From: Albugo candida | Lineage: Eukaryota | Length of the DNA: 20,000 nt | Assembly: GCA_040437565.1 (NCBI GenBank) | Contig: JBDOQK010000020.1 | Location: 491,345-511,344 of the forward strand | Direction: 5' to 3' | Part shown: one piece after another, positions 1 to 10,161 of the stretch | How the letters are laid out: every line of letters begins with the position of its first letter | How positions within the stretch are numbered: position 1 is the stretch's first letter | Notes under the pieces: model-generated | What the model was told of the DNA's origin: nothing | Seen by the model: the letters and a program-made list of their open reading frames with translations, nothing else | The model's database searches: none | Position numbers and translations under genes: made by a program

Positions 1-2
1 AA

Positions 3-683
3 GTGACTTGCGATGAAGCGAAAGCTATTTTACTGCATTATGGCTCGTGTTCTAGCAGAGAAGATGCCCGTGTGTGTCCAGTATGCTCACAGTTGGATGA
101 GATCGAAGAGGCCCATCAAGCACTCAAAAGCAAAAACGCAGACAATCTTTTGTCATTGGCTGCTTCGGCCCCAAATGGTTCGATTTCATCCAAACACGTT
201 CCAATACAACCAAACTTACACTCACAGAACTCCATGACACCGTTTGTATGTTCATTCGCGCTTTATTTGGAGCAGAGCTGTCCGTCTTTCCGGGCAGAGC
301 TCAACGCGCGTGTGGAAAAACGAGTCACAGCATCAGCGAGTCAAAATCTGATACAGCACATGCAAAAGAAAACACGGCTTCGATCACTCGATAACATACG
401 CACAGAGTCCCGATTGGCAGCGCTGGCCGAAATGGAACGTGAGCTGTATTTGTACATGCAGACGGCCTCGTTGGCATCCCTTGGTAATGGCACACCCGCC
501 AATCAGTCGAAGCCCTGGCCTCACGAATTGAGCGCGTTTGCCTTCCACAGTGCTAATAGCTCTGGATTTTTTGCGTCTGTGCCTTCGTATTTACTCAATG
601 GAACTGCAGCCTCGAGCTTGGCCGCATTCTTTGCTCAACATCCAACTTACGCCACTTATTCCAGAAATTCGGATTCCTCATGA
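3..683 (+). CDS. 3' part of a TAZ-type zinc-finger protein (putative transcriptional co-regulator); 5' end lies outside the window
   Basis: The frame is open from the window edge and the GTG at 3 is not a credible eukaryotic start. CDEAKAILLHYGSC...CPVC matches the C-terminal part of a TAZ (zf-TAZ) finger. A predicted helical region (LAALAEMERELYLYM) and a Ser/Ala-rich tail follow; TGA stop at 681-683. Confidence 0.6.
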   Translation: MTCDEAKAILLHYGSCSSREDARVCPVCSQLDEIEEAHQALKSKNADNLLSLAASAPNGSISSKHVPIQPNLHSQNSMTPFVCSFALYLEQSCPSFRAELNARVEKRVTASASQNLIQHMQKKTRLRSLDNIRTESRLAALAEMERELYLYMQTASLASLGNGTPANQSKPWPHELSAFAFHSANSSGFFASVPSYLLNGTAASSLAAFFAQHPTYATYSRNSDSS

Positions 684-837
684 GACACCTCTCAATGATT
701 ATAAGCACACTCTGAAATTGCATGGTGATGAGTATTATAGAAAGTATCATTTTATTTATGTTATCTATCAATGGCAGACTCGCTTCTGCTCTACTCGACA
801 CATGATTGGATACTTTTCCAGGATTTTGAACACGGGT

Positions 838-2643
838 TTACGATGCGTTCACTTTCCTTTCAACCGGATTTTGCGCGTGATTTTGAAGCTTTTCCCAAGT
901 CGCTCCGAACAAACGATTTCTTGAAGTTGATCGGTAGATAGTAGGGGCCCTACTCGTCGCACAAACAGCCTCTGTTAAGCTCCCATTCGGGTCTAAACCG
1001 AAAAAAAATTCGTGCATTGCTGCCACAATCGCGTCTGCGTTTCCTTGTTTGATCACGAACGAAAGATTGAGATCTTCAGCTGATTCGCTCAATAAAAGTA
1101 CGTCATAACCCTCCAAGACGCCAAAAACGTGGCCCAATTCTGAAAGAGCTTTTCGTAACTTTCGACCGACGATCGATACCACTGAACACGACTCAAATAC
1201 TTTGACGGAAGAGTGTGTGTCTAATTCTTGTAGTAATTGTCTAAATGGTTCACCTTTCACGCCACCAGGAATATGGTCGAGCGTCACAGTAACTGAAAAC
1301 TGAGAAGTTGCAATGAGATCCACTGAAATACCGTTACGTTCAAAAGGTGCGAATACTTTGGACAGGAATCCCGAGGTGCCGCACATATTAAATGCTGTGA
1401 TACTGAGTGTCGTCATTTCTTGTCGACGAACAACTGCGAGAATCTTCGGTGAACCTGAATGAGACTCAGACTCATTCTCTGCTGAATGGATGACTGTTCG
1501 ATCTCCAGCAGGATCGTTCGTATTGCGTATCTCAATAGGAATATGAGCCCACTGAGCTGGAATGATGCAACGTGGATGAAGCACTTTGGCACCCATAGCA
1601 GCTAGTTCCTGAGCCTCACGATAATCCAGTGATTTAATTAGTCGAGCATCAGCGACATGACGCGGATCACTCGTAAACATTCCGTGCACATCTGTCCAAA
1701 TCTCATACTTTTCAGCCTTCAAAAGAGCAGCAAACAGGGAGCCGGAAGTGTCGCTTCCACCCCGGCCTAACACACATGTCATCAAACAATCTGAGGATCC
1801 CATTCCGGCTATGAATCCCTGGGTTAGGACCACACGCTTTCCATTGCTCTTTTGCACTGCAGCATCCAAATTTGAGTGTGGGGGCACCTCTGCCTGTAGG
1901 AATTTATCTTCATCAGATTTGGAAAGACTTGGGTCACTCAAGAGCAATGCTCGAGCGTCAACGCGTTCTACTTGCCCATTCAAGCCGAGACGCTGCAGGA
2001 TACATAAGCCTAATTGTGTCGAAATAAGCTCTCCAAATGCTAAAACCCGAGCCTGGATACGTGGAGAAGCCTCTTCTGTCAGACGAATTCCTTCAAGAAC
2101 GCGAACGAGATGCTGAAATTCTTTCAATAATGGATGAAACGTTTCGGGAATTACAGAAAGCGACATGTTTGTATTGGAGGAGAGTGTTTCGATATTATGT
2201 GGTTCATTTCCAAAAACGCACGTGATCCATTGTTGTTGGAGGAAATCGACGTCACCATTGTGAGTGGATGGGGAATCAGAATCAGGTGCGAAAAAACCGA
2301 TTTCGTAAGCCAACATAAAATGCTGGATTAGGATATGTCGGACTACTTCAAGATGCGACTCCTGATGTGAAGAGGAGCTATTGCGAAATGCGAGGGCGAG
2401 TTGGATGGCGCGTTGCAACTTGTTGGTGACTTGCGTCATTGCTGATATGGTTAGCCAGACATTACGCTGGATACCATCTTGCTTATTATCTAAATGCCAA
2501 ACGATTCGAGAATAAATGCATTTCCATCTCGAAGCGGTAGATACACTTGTACCACCAAACTTCAGGACCACCCAACGGGTCTCAGGAACGCTGGGTGTTG
2601 AATGATTACACTGTGCACGGTCCGACAATCCGTTAGCGTGCAT
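838..2643 (-). CDS. lysC: Aspartate kinase (amino-acid kinase domain + two ACT domains), resembling the kinase half of bacterial bifunctional aspartokinase/DAP decarboxylase
   Basis: Intronless 601-aa ORF with aspartokinase motifs WVVLKFGGTSVS, ARVLAFGELIST, TQGFIA, LGRGGSDTS, EIWTDVHGMFTSDPR and EAQELAAMGAKVLHPRCI. ACT domains: GFLSKVFAPF...GISVDLIATS and VSIVGR...DLNLSFVI. Confidence 0.93.
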   Translation of the reverse strand: MHANGLSDRAQCNHSTPSVPETRWVVLKFGGTSVSTASRWKCIYSRIVWHLDNKQDGIQRNVWLTISAMTQVTNKLQRAIQLALAFRNSSSSHQESHLEVVRHILIQHFMLAYEIGFFAPDSDSPSTHNGDVDFLQQQWITCVFGNEPHNIETLSSNTNMSLSVIPETFHPLLKEFQHLVRVLEGIRLTEEASPRIQARVLAFGELISTQLGLCILQRLGLNGQVERVDARALLLSDPSLSKSDEDKFLQAEVPPHSNLDAAVQKSNGKRVVLTQGFIAGMGSSDCLMTCVLGRGGSDTSGSLFAALLKAEKYEIWTDVHGMFTSDPRHVADARLIKSLDYREAQELAAMGAKVLHPRCIIPAQWAHIPIEIRNTNDPAGDRTVIHSAENESESHSGSPKILAVVRRQEMTTLSITAFNMCGTSGFLSKVFAPFERNGISVDLIATSQFSVTVTLDHIPGGVKGEPFRQLLQELDTHSSVKVFESCSVVSIVGRKLRKALSELGHVFGVLEGYDVLLLSESAEDLNLSFVIKQGNADAIVAAMHEFFFGLDPNGSLTEAVCATSRAPTIYRSTSRNRLFGATWEKLQNHAQNPVERKVNAS

Positions 2644-2755
2644 AAGTACGGAAGGTAACTATTTTTAATTTTCTTACAGTCGTTACGTTCGTATACCCGA
2701 ACTCTGTTATTATTTCAGTTATGAAGTGGTACTTCACGCAACAATTGGTCATTGC

Positions 2756-3508
2756 TTAGTCGAGATGCTGATGTAACTTCTCCTCCATGATTTGAGCGCC
2801 AAAGAGGTCCAACAGCAAGAAATCACGTATTGCAGGTAGTCGACATATCTTCCCGTCTTCATAAGACAAGACTTGCTCCATCCAATTTTCTAATTTGGAG
2901 CGTCGGTCCTCGATAGCGCAAGTATGTGTCACGCGAAACCAAGTTTTAGGCGGAAGCTCTGCGCGTACATTCACATTCAAACAGCTCTTTACGAGCTCCC
3001 CCTCATACGCTGAATGAGCTCTTTGAATTTGGGACTCAATCCTTTCGGCAAATCCGATAAAATCAGAGAAGCGTCGCTCTAATTGGAACTGCTTTTGCTC
3101 ATCATGACACATTCGAACAAGGACAGTATACGCGGTATACCCGTCACTTGTTTCATGGAAAGTTGGTATACGCACGGTAAAGAAACGCAAATCGCCGGAA
3201 TCGCTTTGTTCTTGATAAATAGGCTTCCAAGGAACGAACCGTGTACAGATGTCGGGTGCTGTTGCTCGACACACGAATACCAGCTCATCATCTTCGATTT
3301 CCGTATCGATCTGAGTTGACTGCTGATTGTCTTGACACGCAATTGGTTGCATGGCAACGTCAAGATCTTCATCACATTCTGGCCCCTGGCTTTGCTTCAT
3401 TCTCTCACCCAAAGATTTTGCTTCATCAGATCGATTCGCACGCAACGCTTTCTTCCGACGATTTCGCGCTCGTTTATTTAATAGAATTGATCGCTTATCA
3501 GCCGCCAT
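2756..3508 (-). CDS. PX (phox homology) domain protein
   Basis: 250-aa ORF with the PX signature: YTAYTVLV strand, ERRFSDF, the proline loop LPPKTWF, IEDRRSKLENWM and IRDFL. The N-terminus is basic, then acidic. Confidence 0.85.
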   Translation of the reverse strand: MAADKRSILLNKRARNRRKKALRANRSDEAKSLGERMKQSQGPECDEDLDVAMQPIACQDNQQSTQIDTEIEDDELVFVCRATAPDICTRFVPWKPIYQEQSDSGDLRFFTVRIPTFHETSDGYTAYTVLVRMCHDEQKQFQLERRFSDFIGFAERIESQIQRAHSAYEGELVKSCLNVNVRAELPPKTWFRVTHTCAIEDRRSKLENWMEQVLSYEDGKICRLPAIRDFLLLDLFGAQIMEEKLHQHLD

Positions 3509-3606
3509 GTTTGTCAGGGATAGAAAACGTCAAATATCAGCTTGCTCAGGAAGCGACGCGCTAGGGCAAAACTGTCTTTACACTACAAAAAATGGAAAAT
3601 ACACGA

Positions 3607-4787
3607 TCATTTCTTTTTTTGTTTAATCTCCTGCTCCAGAACATTATGAAGTCGTATAACGCTGGGTTGATTGGGATTATATTTTTCAGATCCCATTGAC
3701 CAATCATACGACAGCGCGTATGCATAAATATCGCCAACAGCATTAAATTTTGCGCACGTGATAGACTGTTGACTACAAAGTACAAAGTAATATAATTGCA
3801 AATTCAGCAAAGTCTGCATACCTTTTTGTGAATGCTTTCAGCTTTTGCCGCGCATCTTTGTCCCAGAATGTGAATGCGCCGTCCCCGCCCGCAGTTGCAA
3901 ATGTACCAAACGGGTGGAATACTATATTATTGACCGGATGAATGTCACTTCCGTCGCGATGACATTTGAACGCGAAATCTTTCTCGCGATCTCGATCCTC
4001 CACGTGCTGAATCGCGACCCGGCCTTCAATCGACCCAATTGCGAATCCTTGTGCGTCAGAGAAACAAGCGATACTTCGGGTTTGAAACTTCAAATTTGAC
4101 GTGATCGATTTATAAATTTGCGTAGGTTTTCGGATGTCGACCACATGAATTTGACGATCGGCAGTCGCGACCACAAGCAGCGGATGCTTCACGTCCATTG
4201 CATAGCATCGCTCAGAGACGTTCAGCGATCCCATTGGATTCGGAGTACGGGTATCCCAATATTTGACTGTTTTATCCCAGCTTGCTGTGACGACACAGCC
4301 TGCTTCTTGTACAGCAGCAATCGCTCGGATTGGAGCTTCATGCTAATATAATGTTAGAAGAATGTTTGTACCTTAAGTAATGTAGCTGTACCGATGCGAT
4401 TTGTTGGCCTTGGGCTGGTCCATTTAGATTCCACATCTTCGCGGTTTTATCACATGACCCAGAGAACACAGTCGTACCGTCCTAAATTTCAAATTAGTAG
4501 ATAGCTATGTGAAGAAGAGAAAGCGTACTTACACCGCTGAAACATGTGCATAGAACGGGACCATCATGAGTGATTTGTGCTTTTGGAACTGCATTGAATT
4601 GTGTTCCTGCGTGCTGAACGTCCCAACATCGTACATGATTGTCCCAAGAGCCTGCAACCAGAGTGTTGGACGTCGAGCTCCATGAAAGGCTCTGTACACC
4701 ATCGTTTATTGTCTGGGGAATCGTATAGTCGCCATTTGGATTCGGATAAGCACTGGCGCTGCTGGTAGCAGCTCCGAAAGCTGACAT
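3607..4787 (-). CDS. RAE1: mRNA export factor Rae1/Gle2 (WD40); exons 4787-4533, 4481-4392, 4342-3822, 3772-3607; 343 aa
   Basis: Manual splicing at GT-AG introns 4532-4482 (51 nt), 4391-4343 (49 nt) and 3821-3773 (49 nt) gives a continuous 1032-nt CDS. It has Rae1 motifs GSWDNHVRCW, TASWDKTVKYWD, GSIEGRVAIQH, FAFKCHR, FATAGGDG..FWDKDARQKLK and YALSYDWSMG. Confidence 0.93.
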
Positions 4788-4933
4788 TGCGATTGCACTG
4801 GCGTGGTAAACGTTATTGTAGGACACCAGACGCTGTACTGTTGTAAAGTGAGTCACACATAAAAGCGATCTTAAACGAAACGACGTTACAATGCCATTTC
4901 GAATTGTTGCAAGCGTATTTGTACTCCATTAAG
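4788..4933. promoter_or_regulatory. Short divergent (putative bidirectional) promoter region between RAE1 and the S53 protease gene
   Basis: Head-to-head start codons are only 146 bp apart. GCCATTTCGAATTG at 4893-4906 partly resembles the oomycete Inr/FPR core promoter element. Confidence 0.45.
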
Positions 4934-7114
4934 ATGAAATTTATCAAAGTAGCTTTAATATGTATCATACACGTATCCGTGGGACTCTCTGTACATTATC
5001 TCAATTCTTCAAACATTATCCACGTCGCACAACATCCACAATGGAATAAACTTTCTCAAGCCAGGCCTTTTGAAAAGATCTGCATCAAGCTCATACTTCC
5101 ACTGGCGCTATCTAACCTCAGACTAGAGAAAATGATAGATTCGATTTCCAATGTGCATTCTACCTCATATGGTAACTACAAAACTCAAAATGAGTCTTTG
5201 ATCCATTTTGCCCCAGCAACCGAATCACTGCGCGTAATTCACGATTTGAAGGCTCAGTATGGAAACATAAGTCAGCTGAATACATACGGGGATCATTGGC
5301 TTATGTCGATGTCAGCAAATATCGTCGAGGAGTTATTCCAAACAAAATTGTTTCATTTCGAGCACAAACAGCATGATCTCATCGATTTGGTGCGACCCGA
5401 GGCCCAATTCAGTATTCCTACCCCTTTAAAGGATCATGTCGTATACTTTGATGGCCTCGAAGACTTTCCTACCGAATTGCAAGCGCTTTCTTTGCAAAAA
5501 AGATATCAATCACGCTTGATGAACAATAACAAACAATCTGCAAGGTCGAAAACGCATATCCCATTTGATAGAGTACGGCCTCGATACGTTTCTCCTTCCA
5601 TGATTCGAGCACAGTATGAGCTGAGCGACACAAAAAGAGTATCGAATGTAACGCACCGAAAGAATAAACTCGTCATTGCCTCGTTTTTGCAGGAGTACTA
5701 CAAAGAAAAAGACATTGAGCTCTTTTTATCTGAGTTTGATCCGAATCCGGCAAAAGTCTATTATCCAAGTACATTTGGCGATTGTCTTGCTTCCTCTCCG
5801 CAAAACAAAAATCAGTACGTGGCCACCGGTGAGGCATCCTTAGATGTCGAGGTAGCCGTAGCTTTAACGAAAAGTGAATTCATCCAAGTTCGATGCAATC
5901 AGCGATTGAGGGATCCAACACATCCATTTGATGACGGTAATCAGGAGCCGTTCCTATTATTCATGCAGGAGATCAATGAGCTAGGAGATGAGGAGCGCCC
6001 TGCAGTGGTTTCTCTGAGTTATGCGGATGATGAATGTGCACTATCGCGTTCTTATGTCCACGCAGTGAATCGTGAATTTATGAAGGCGGCGATGAAAGGG
6101 ATCACAATATTGACCTCGGCTGGAGACGCGGGCGCTCAGGGAAGTGAATTTGCACAGACGTACTGCAAGATGCCAGCCTGCTCACAGTATCTCGCAGTAT
6201 TCCCGTCTTCGTCCCCATACGTCACATCTGTGGGAGCTACAAGCTTTGGAGTTCAGTCTTTATCGCGTCAGAAGTGGGAAGAGCGAGTCACATCGACCGA
6301 ACACATGGATCTCATTACTTCAGGTGGCGGATTCAGTGATCTATTTCGACGTCCCGCTTATCAATATGAAGCGGTACAATCATATTTGGATCGTTTGAGG
6401 GATGGAAATTCATCCATTCTTCAGCGGTTCAATCAGGCAGGACGAGCTTATCCCGACATTAGTGCGCTTGGGCATGGATTTCCCGTATATATCAACGGAA
6501 TGGTAAGCTTGACAGACGGAACATCCGTTTCCGCGCCGATTGTAGCGTCGATGGTGATTCGTATGAACGAGTGGCTTCTCAATCGTGGGGAGCCGATGCT
6601 GGGTTTCTTGAATCCTTTTCTGTATCAAATGCTCCAAGTCTGTCCACATGTATTCAACGACATTTTGCATGGTGACAATGCGTGCGGTGGTATGGAAATG
6701 AAATGCTGTAAACAAGGTCATTACGCTATGGAAGGCTGGGATGCTACTTCAGGCGTCGGGACGATGCGAGTCAGTAGCTGGATGAATTCATTCGATGAAT
6801 GTCGAGAAAGAATCCGCAAGACGCGCCCACGAAGTCTGGGCTCAGGCACGAAGGATGATGCGAGACAGAATGACTTTCTTGTTTTTTCAAAATGGTCTAA
6901 AGGGGAGAAACAGCTTTGGAATGCTTTGTTTGTGATTGGAATTTTAGCTGGTCTCGTAATTTCGAGCGTCTTCTTTACCATGCGCGAAAATCTATTGAAA
7001 CCGATTGCGAATAATCCCAAATACACATTCAAGCATCCAGCTACTGAATGCTTACTGGCCAACAATACGGAGCAAAGACCCCGATGGCCATCCAGCGCCC
7101 ACTCAAGAAAATGA
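4934..7114 (+). CDS. Peptidase S53 (sedolisin / tripeptidyl-peptidase 1-like) with signal peptide, prodomain and C-terminal transmembrane helix
   Basis: ATG at 4934 starts a hydrophobic signal-like MKFIKVALICIIHVSVGLS. Prodomain segment VEELFQTKLFHF. Catalytic Glu/Asp in GEASLDVE (~5831-5845), oxyanion Asp in SAGDAG, also FPSSSPYVTSVGAT, SGGGFS and GRAYPDISALG. Catalytic Ser in GTSVSAP (6524-6526); Ca-site-like GWDATSGVG. Confidence 0.92.
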   Translation: MKFIKVALICIIHVSVGLSVHYLNSSNIIHVAQHPQWNKLSQARPFEKICIKLILPLALSNLRLEKMIDSISNVHSTSYGNYKTQNESLIHFAPATESLRVIHDLKAQYGNISQLNTYGDHWLMSMSANIVEELFQTKLFHFEHKQHDLIDLVRPEAQFSIPTPLKDHVVYFDGLEDFPTELQALSLQKRYQSRLMNNNKQSARSKTHIPFDRVRPRYVSPSMIRAQYELSDTKRVSNVTHRKNKLVIASFLQEYYKEKDIELFLSEFDPNPAKVYYPSTFGDCLASSPQNKNQYVATGEASLDVEVAVALTKSEFIQVRCNQRLRDPTHPFDDGNQEPFLLFMQEINELGDEERPAVVSLSYADDECALSRSYVHAVNREFMKAAMKGITILTSAGDAGAQGSEFAQTYCKMPACSQYLAVFPSSSPYVTSVGATSFGVQSLSRQKWEERVTSTEHMDLITSGGGFSDLFRRPAYQYEAVQSYLDRLRDGNSSILQRFNQAGRAYPDISALGHGFPVYINGMVSLTDGTSVSAPIVASMVIRMNEWLLNRGEPMLGFLNPFLYQMLQVCPHVFNDILHGDNACGGMEMKCCKQGHYAMEGWDATSGVGTMRVSSWMNSFDECRERIRKTRPRSLGSGTKDDARQNDFLVFSKWSKGEKQLWNALFVIGILAGLVISSVFFTMRENLLKPIANNPKYTFKHPATECLLANNTEQRPRWPSSAHSRK

Positions 7115-7491
7115 CTGCTTTTTCTCTGACGTTAATGCTCGTCAACGTCTGATACGTATCGAATAAGTTTCGTAATGGGATTGAGGCCGCATAGCAATAC
7201 ATTCTTATTATCATTCTTGTAGACTTGATCCTAGAGCTATTGGACGCAGTCGGAAATAAAATGCTTTTTGTCGGGTCTACTAGATCCTTTGGATTAGTTT
7301 GCTCTGTAGATGATTCATCCAGACAATATACTGATCCTTAGCAATCTTACTCCAGATTGTGACGACTTTGATAGGCATCCAAGCTGCCATTTCCGTGACA
7401 TCGCTCCAAAATAAAAAACTCAACTTTTGAAACATTGAAATGTTTTGAGCTCTGAAAAGGCGCATTGGACGAGTTGTAATACGCTCAGAAT

Positions 7492-10161
7492 ATGTCTCTG
7501 TTCCAGGCCCAGGAATGGTGGAGTGTTCGATCCGATTCGGAAGAAGAATACTCTTTTGGTGCTCTTGATGTTGGGAATATAGATAATGATCCATCGAGTC
7601 AAGGTTAGAACGATGCTGATACGACTGGAAGCTCAATTGCATCTGGCTTGTAGATAAAATTGTCACTGGAAGCCTGAATGGAACATTGCGTATCTACCTT
7701 CCAGCTCAAAAAGAGTACAGAATCGAGCACTTGTTGCTGGAAACCAATCTGAATTCTCCAATCCTCCAAATCTCCATTGGCTACTTTGCTCCGTACGTCC
7801 GGTCGTTTTGTATCCTCAAAGTAAAAAGTGAATGACATTACGTTGGGTTGTAGCCATCGACGAGAGTTAGCACTTGCTGTTCTTCATCCGCGTAAAGTAA
7901 GCGTCTATTTTGTGGAAGCGGTGGGGGGATCTGGCATGACTGCTAGCTACTTCCAATTATTGTCACAATACGAGCATGCACTTGGTGTGGAAGGAAAGCA
8001 TTTTACTGCATACAATATGATTCACGGTGAATTCACGACAACGACCAGCAATTCTCAAGGAGGTTGGGATCATTTGTGCGTTCAATCGATGGAAGGCCGT
8101 CTGCAATTCTTTCAGCAAGATCGTTGCACGTTTCTCCATGCTGGGCAAGACAACTTTCTTCCTAGAACGCTTTGCTTCTTTCCACCAACTCGCGCTATTA
8201 TTGCGTCAACGTCCGATCATTTTGTGGAATGTTATCGATATCAAGCATTAGCATCAACTTCGCTTCGAGAATCCAGACAAAAAGACGGAAGTGCTGACAC
8301 CAATTCTCAACACAAACAAGTCGCAACACACGCTGACTGGAGAATCAATGTTGGGGAATCTGTTCTTGAAATACACTGTGGTAATTGCTTCCCGGACGCA
8401 CAATCTGCCTCATCCGACATCATTGTGCTCGGAGAATTTACATTATTTTGCGTGAAACCAAAAGGATTATTGTATTTCCAGAAGCGGATGGAGTTTGCGC
8501 CAGCCACCATATGCTTATATCCTCGAAATTCACAGGGTGCACAATCCAAAGTACCAGACGTTCTCCGTGAACAGAATTATATCCTCGCAAGCCACTCAAA
8601 ACTATGGATGATCTTCAAAGGATCAAAAATGATCTGGTCGGCGTGTGCTTTGTCGATTCCAATCGCTTTGAAAGTCGCTTCTTTTGGGGGAATAAACGGA
8701 ATGATTGTTTGCCTCGATTCTGAAGGAAATTTATCCGTCAATTATCTTGGGACGGAGCCTCTCTCTACCGCCGTTGCAAGCGCTGAGCATTCAACAAGAG
8801 AATTGAATTATGAAGAGATGGATGAAGAACATCGTCGTTTGCTGAGTGTCATCCGACGCACACAGATAGAGAAAAAAACAGAGCCAAAAGATCGAATACT
8901 TTTGCGAGTGCAAATTCCATCTGCGTTGGATTCATTGCGAGTGCCTGAAAATCCCTTTGACGTGAGCACTTTACCGTCAAACAGAAACACCTCAGTACAG
9001 ATGACCGTGCGTATTTTGATCACTTTCACGGGTGTTTCGAGCATTTCGCAGGTGCAACTATCAGTGTCACCTCCGCCAAATGTGATCGCTAGTGAGGCAA
9101 CCATTATGATCGACTCGATCCCTGCCAAAATTTCCACGCCACTCGTTTTCCCAATCGTATTATCACCTCATTCGACTGAGATCCCTTCTTCTTCAACACT
9201 TTTGGTGACAGCTGTGTACAAAATTTCTTCCGAGCAGCCACGCGTGTCCAAATGTGAGGTGGAGCTTCCACTGTGTCTTCTCTGTTACCTCATTCCACCT
9301 GTGACAGCGAGCACATACAAATTTACTTTGGAAACGAATCAGGCACCGTGTGATCTGTCAGAACTTTTCCAAGATATGTTTACTCAACCGCTTCTCAATC
9401 GTGAATGGACTTTGCAAATTGATAGTTCGAAAAAGAGTGTGCTTAGTTTCCAGTACTTCAACGGATTTCAAACGACCATTTTGGTTTCCAGAAATGCGGG
9501 ACGGTATCGTATCCAATCGAATCATCTTGAAGCGCTTTGGATCATCACCAAGCATCTCGTCGCACGGCTCCAAGCGATTCCAATGATGGAGATTATATAT
9601 AGAGAACCACTTCCGCTTGCGGATTTTTTTCGCGTCATCGAGGATCATTTAAAGCTGCGACATGAGAAAGACGAGATTGCAGCATTGATCAATGATCGCG
9701 CGCATCAATTTCGAGTGATTCAAAAACGATTACTTATTCGATACAAAGATCAAAGTCCGAGTGAAATCGACTGTTTAGATGTATTGCTTCATGGAACATA
9801 TCAACAGATTATAGATTTATCATTAAAAATGGAGGAGACACAGCGAGAATTGATGCGCGCAGCTGCGCGATTAGGATGCTGCGTCTCACTGATTCTTATG
9901 CTGCTGAAGCTGCAAAAGAGAATAGAAGAGGAAGAAATGGAACGATTATACGCATGCATGACACCTCATATACAAGAGGAATTGGCTTTGGAAGGAACCG
10001 GCGCACAAGGATGGGAAGAAAGAACGACTACGGCGCTGATGAACATGATGCAAAAGGAAACCACAAAAGATTCGACGTATACTGAACTAAGTATACCTAG
10101 TGATATACGTATGCTTCGAAAGCAGATTACCATTATATGTGGTGGCGCCACATTAAAGTAG
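7492..10161 (+). CDS. BBS9: BBSome subunit BBS9 / PTHB1; exons 7492-7603, 7654-7792, 7854-10161; 852 aa
   Basis: Exon 1, missed by the ORF track, encodes MSLFQAQEWWS...GNIDND, the PTHB1 N-terminal signature. Introns are 7604-7653 (50 nt) and 7793-7853 (61 nt). Conserved segments: DKIVTGSL.G.LRIY, LAVLHPRK, AYNM, LCVQSMEG, YLGTEP, AHQFRVIQKRLLIRYKD, LDVLLHGTY and GWEE. Confidence 0.93.

Noticed and set aside
13-2331. Short alternative-frame ORFs overlapping the TAZ and aspartokinase genes
   Set aside because: They are nested in or antisense to better-supported genes and have no domain-like features.
4494-4933. ORF-track starts at 4856 (GTG) and 4904 (TTG), and similarly at 7828 (GTG)
   Set aside because: These are non-ATG starts in a eukaryote. 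Better ATG starts are at 4787, 4934 and 7492, the last via splicing.
7280-7838. Minus-strand ORFs of 128, 60 and 77 aa
   Set aside because: They are antisense to BBS9 exons 1-2 and have no recognisable motifs.
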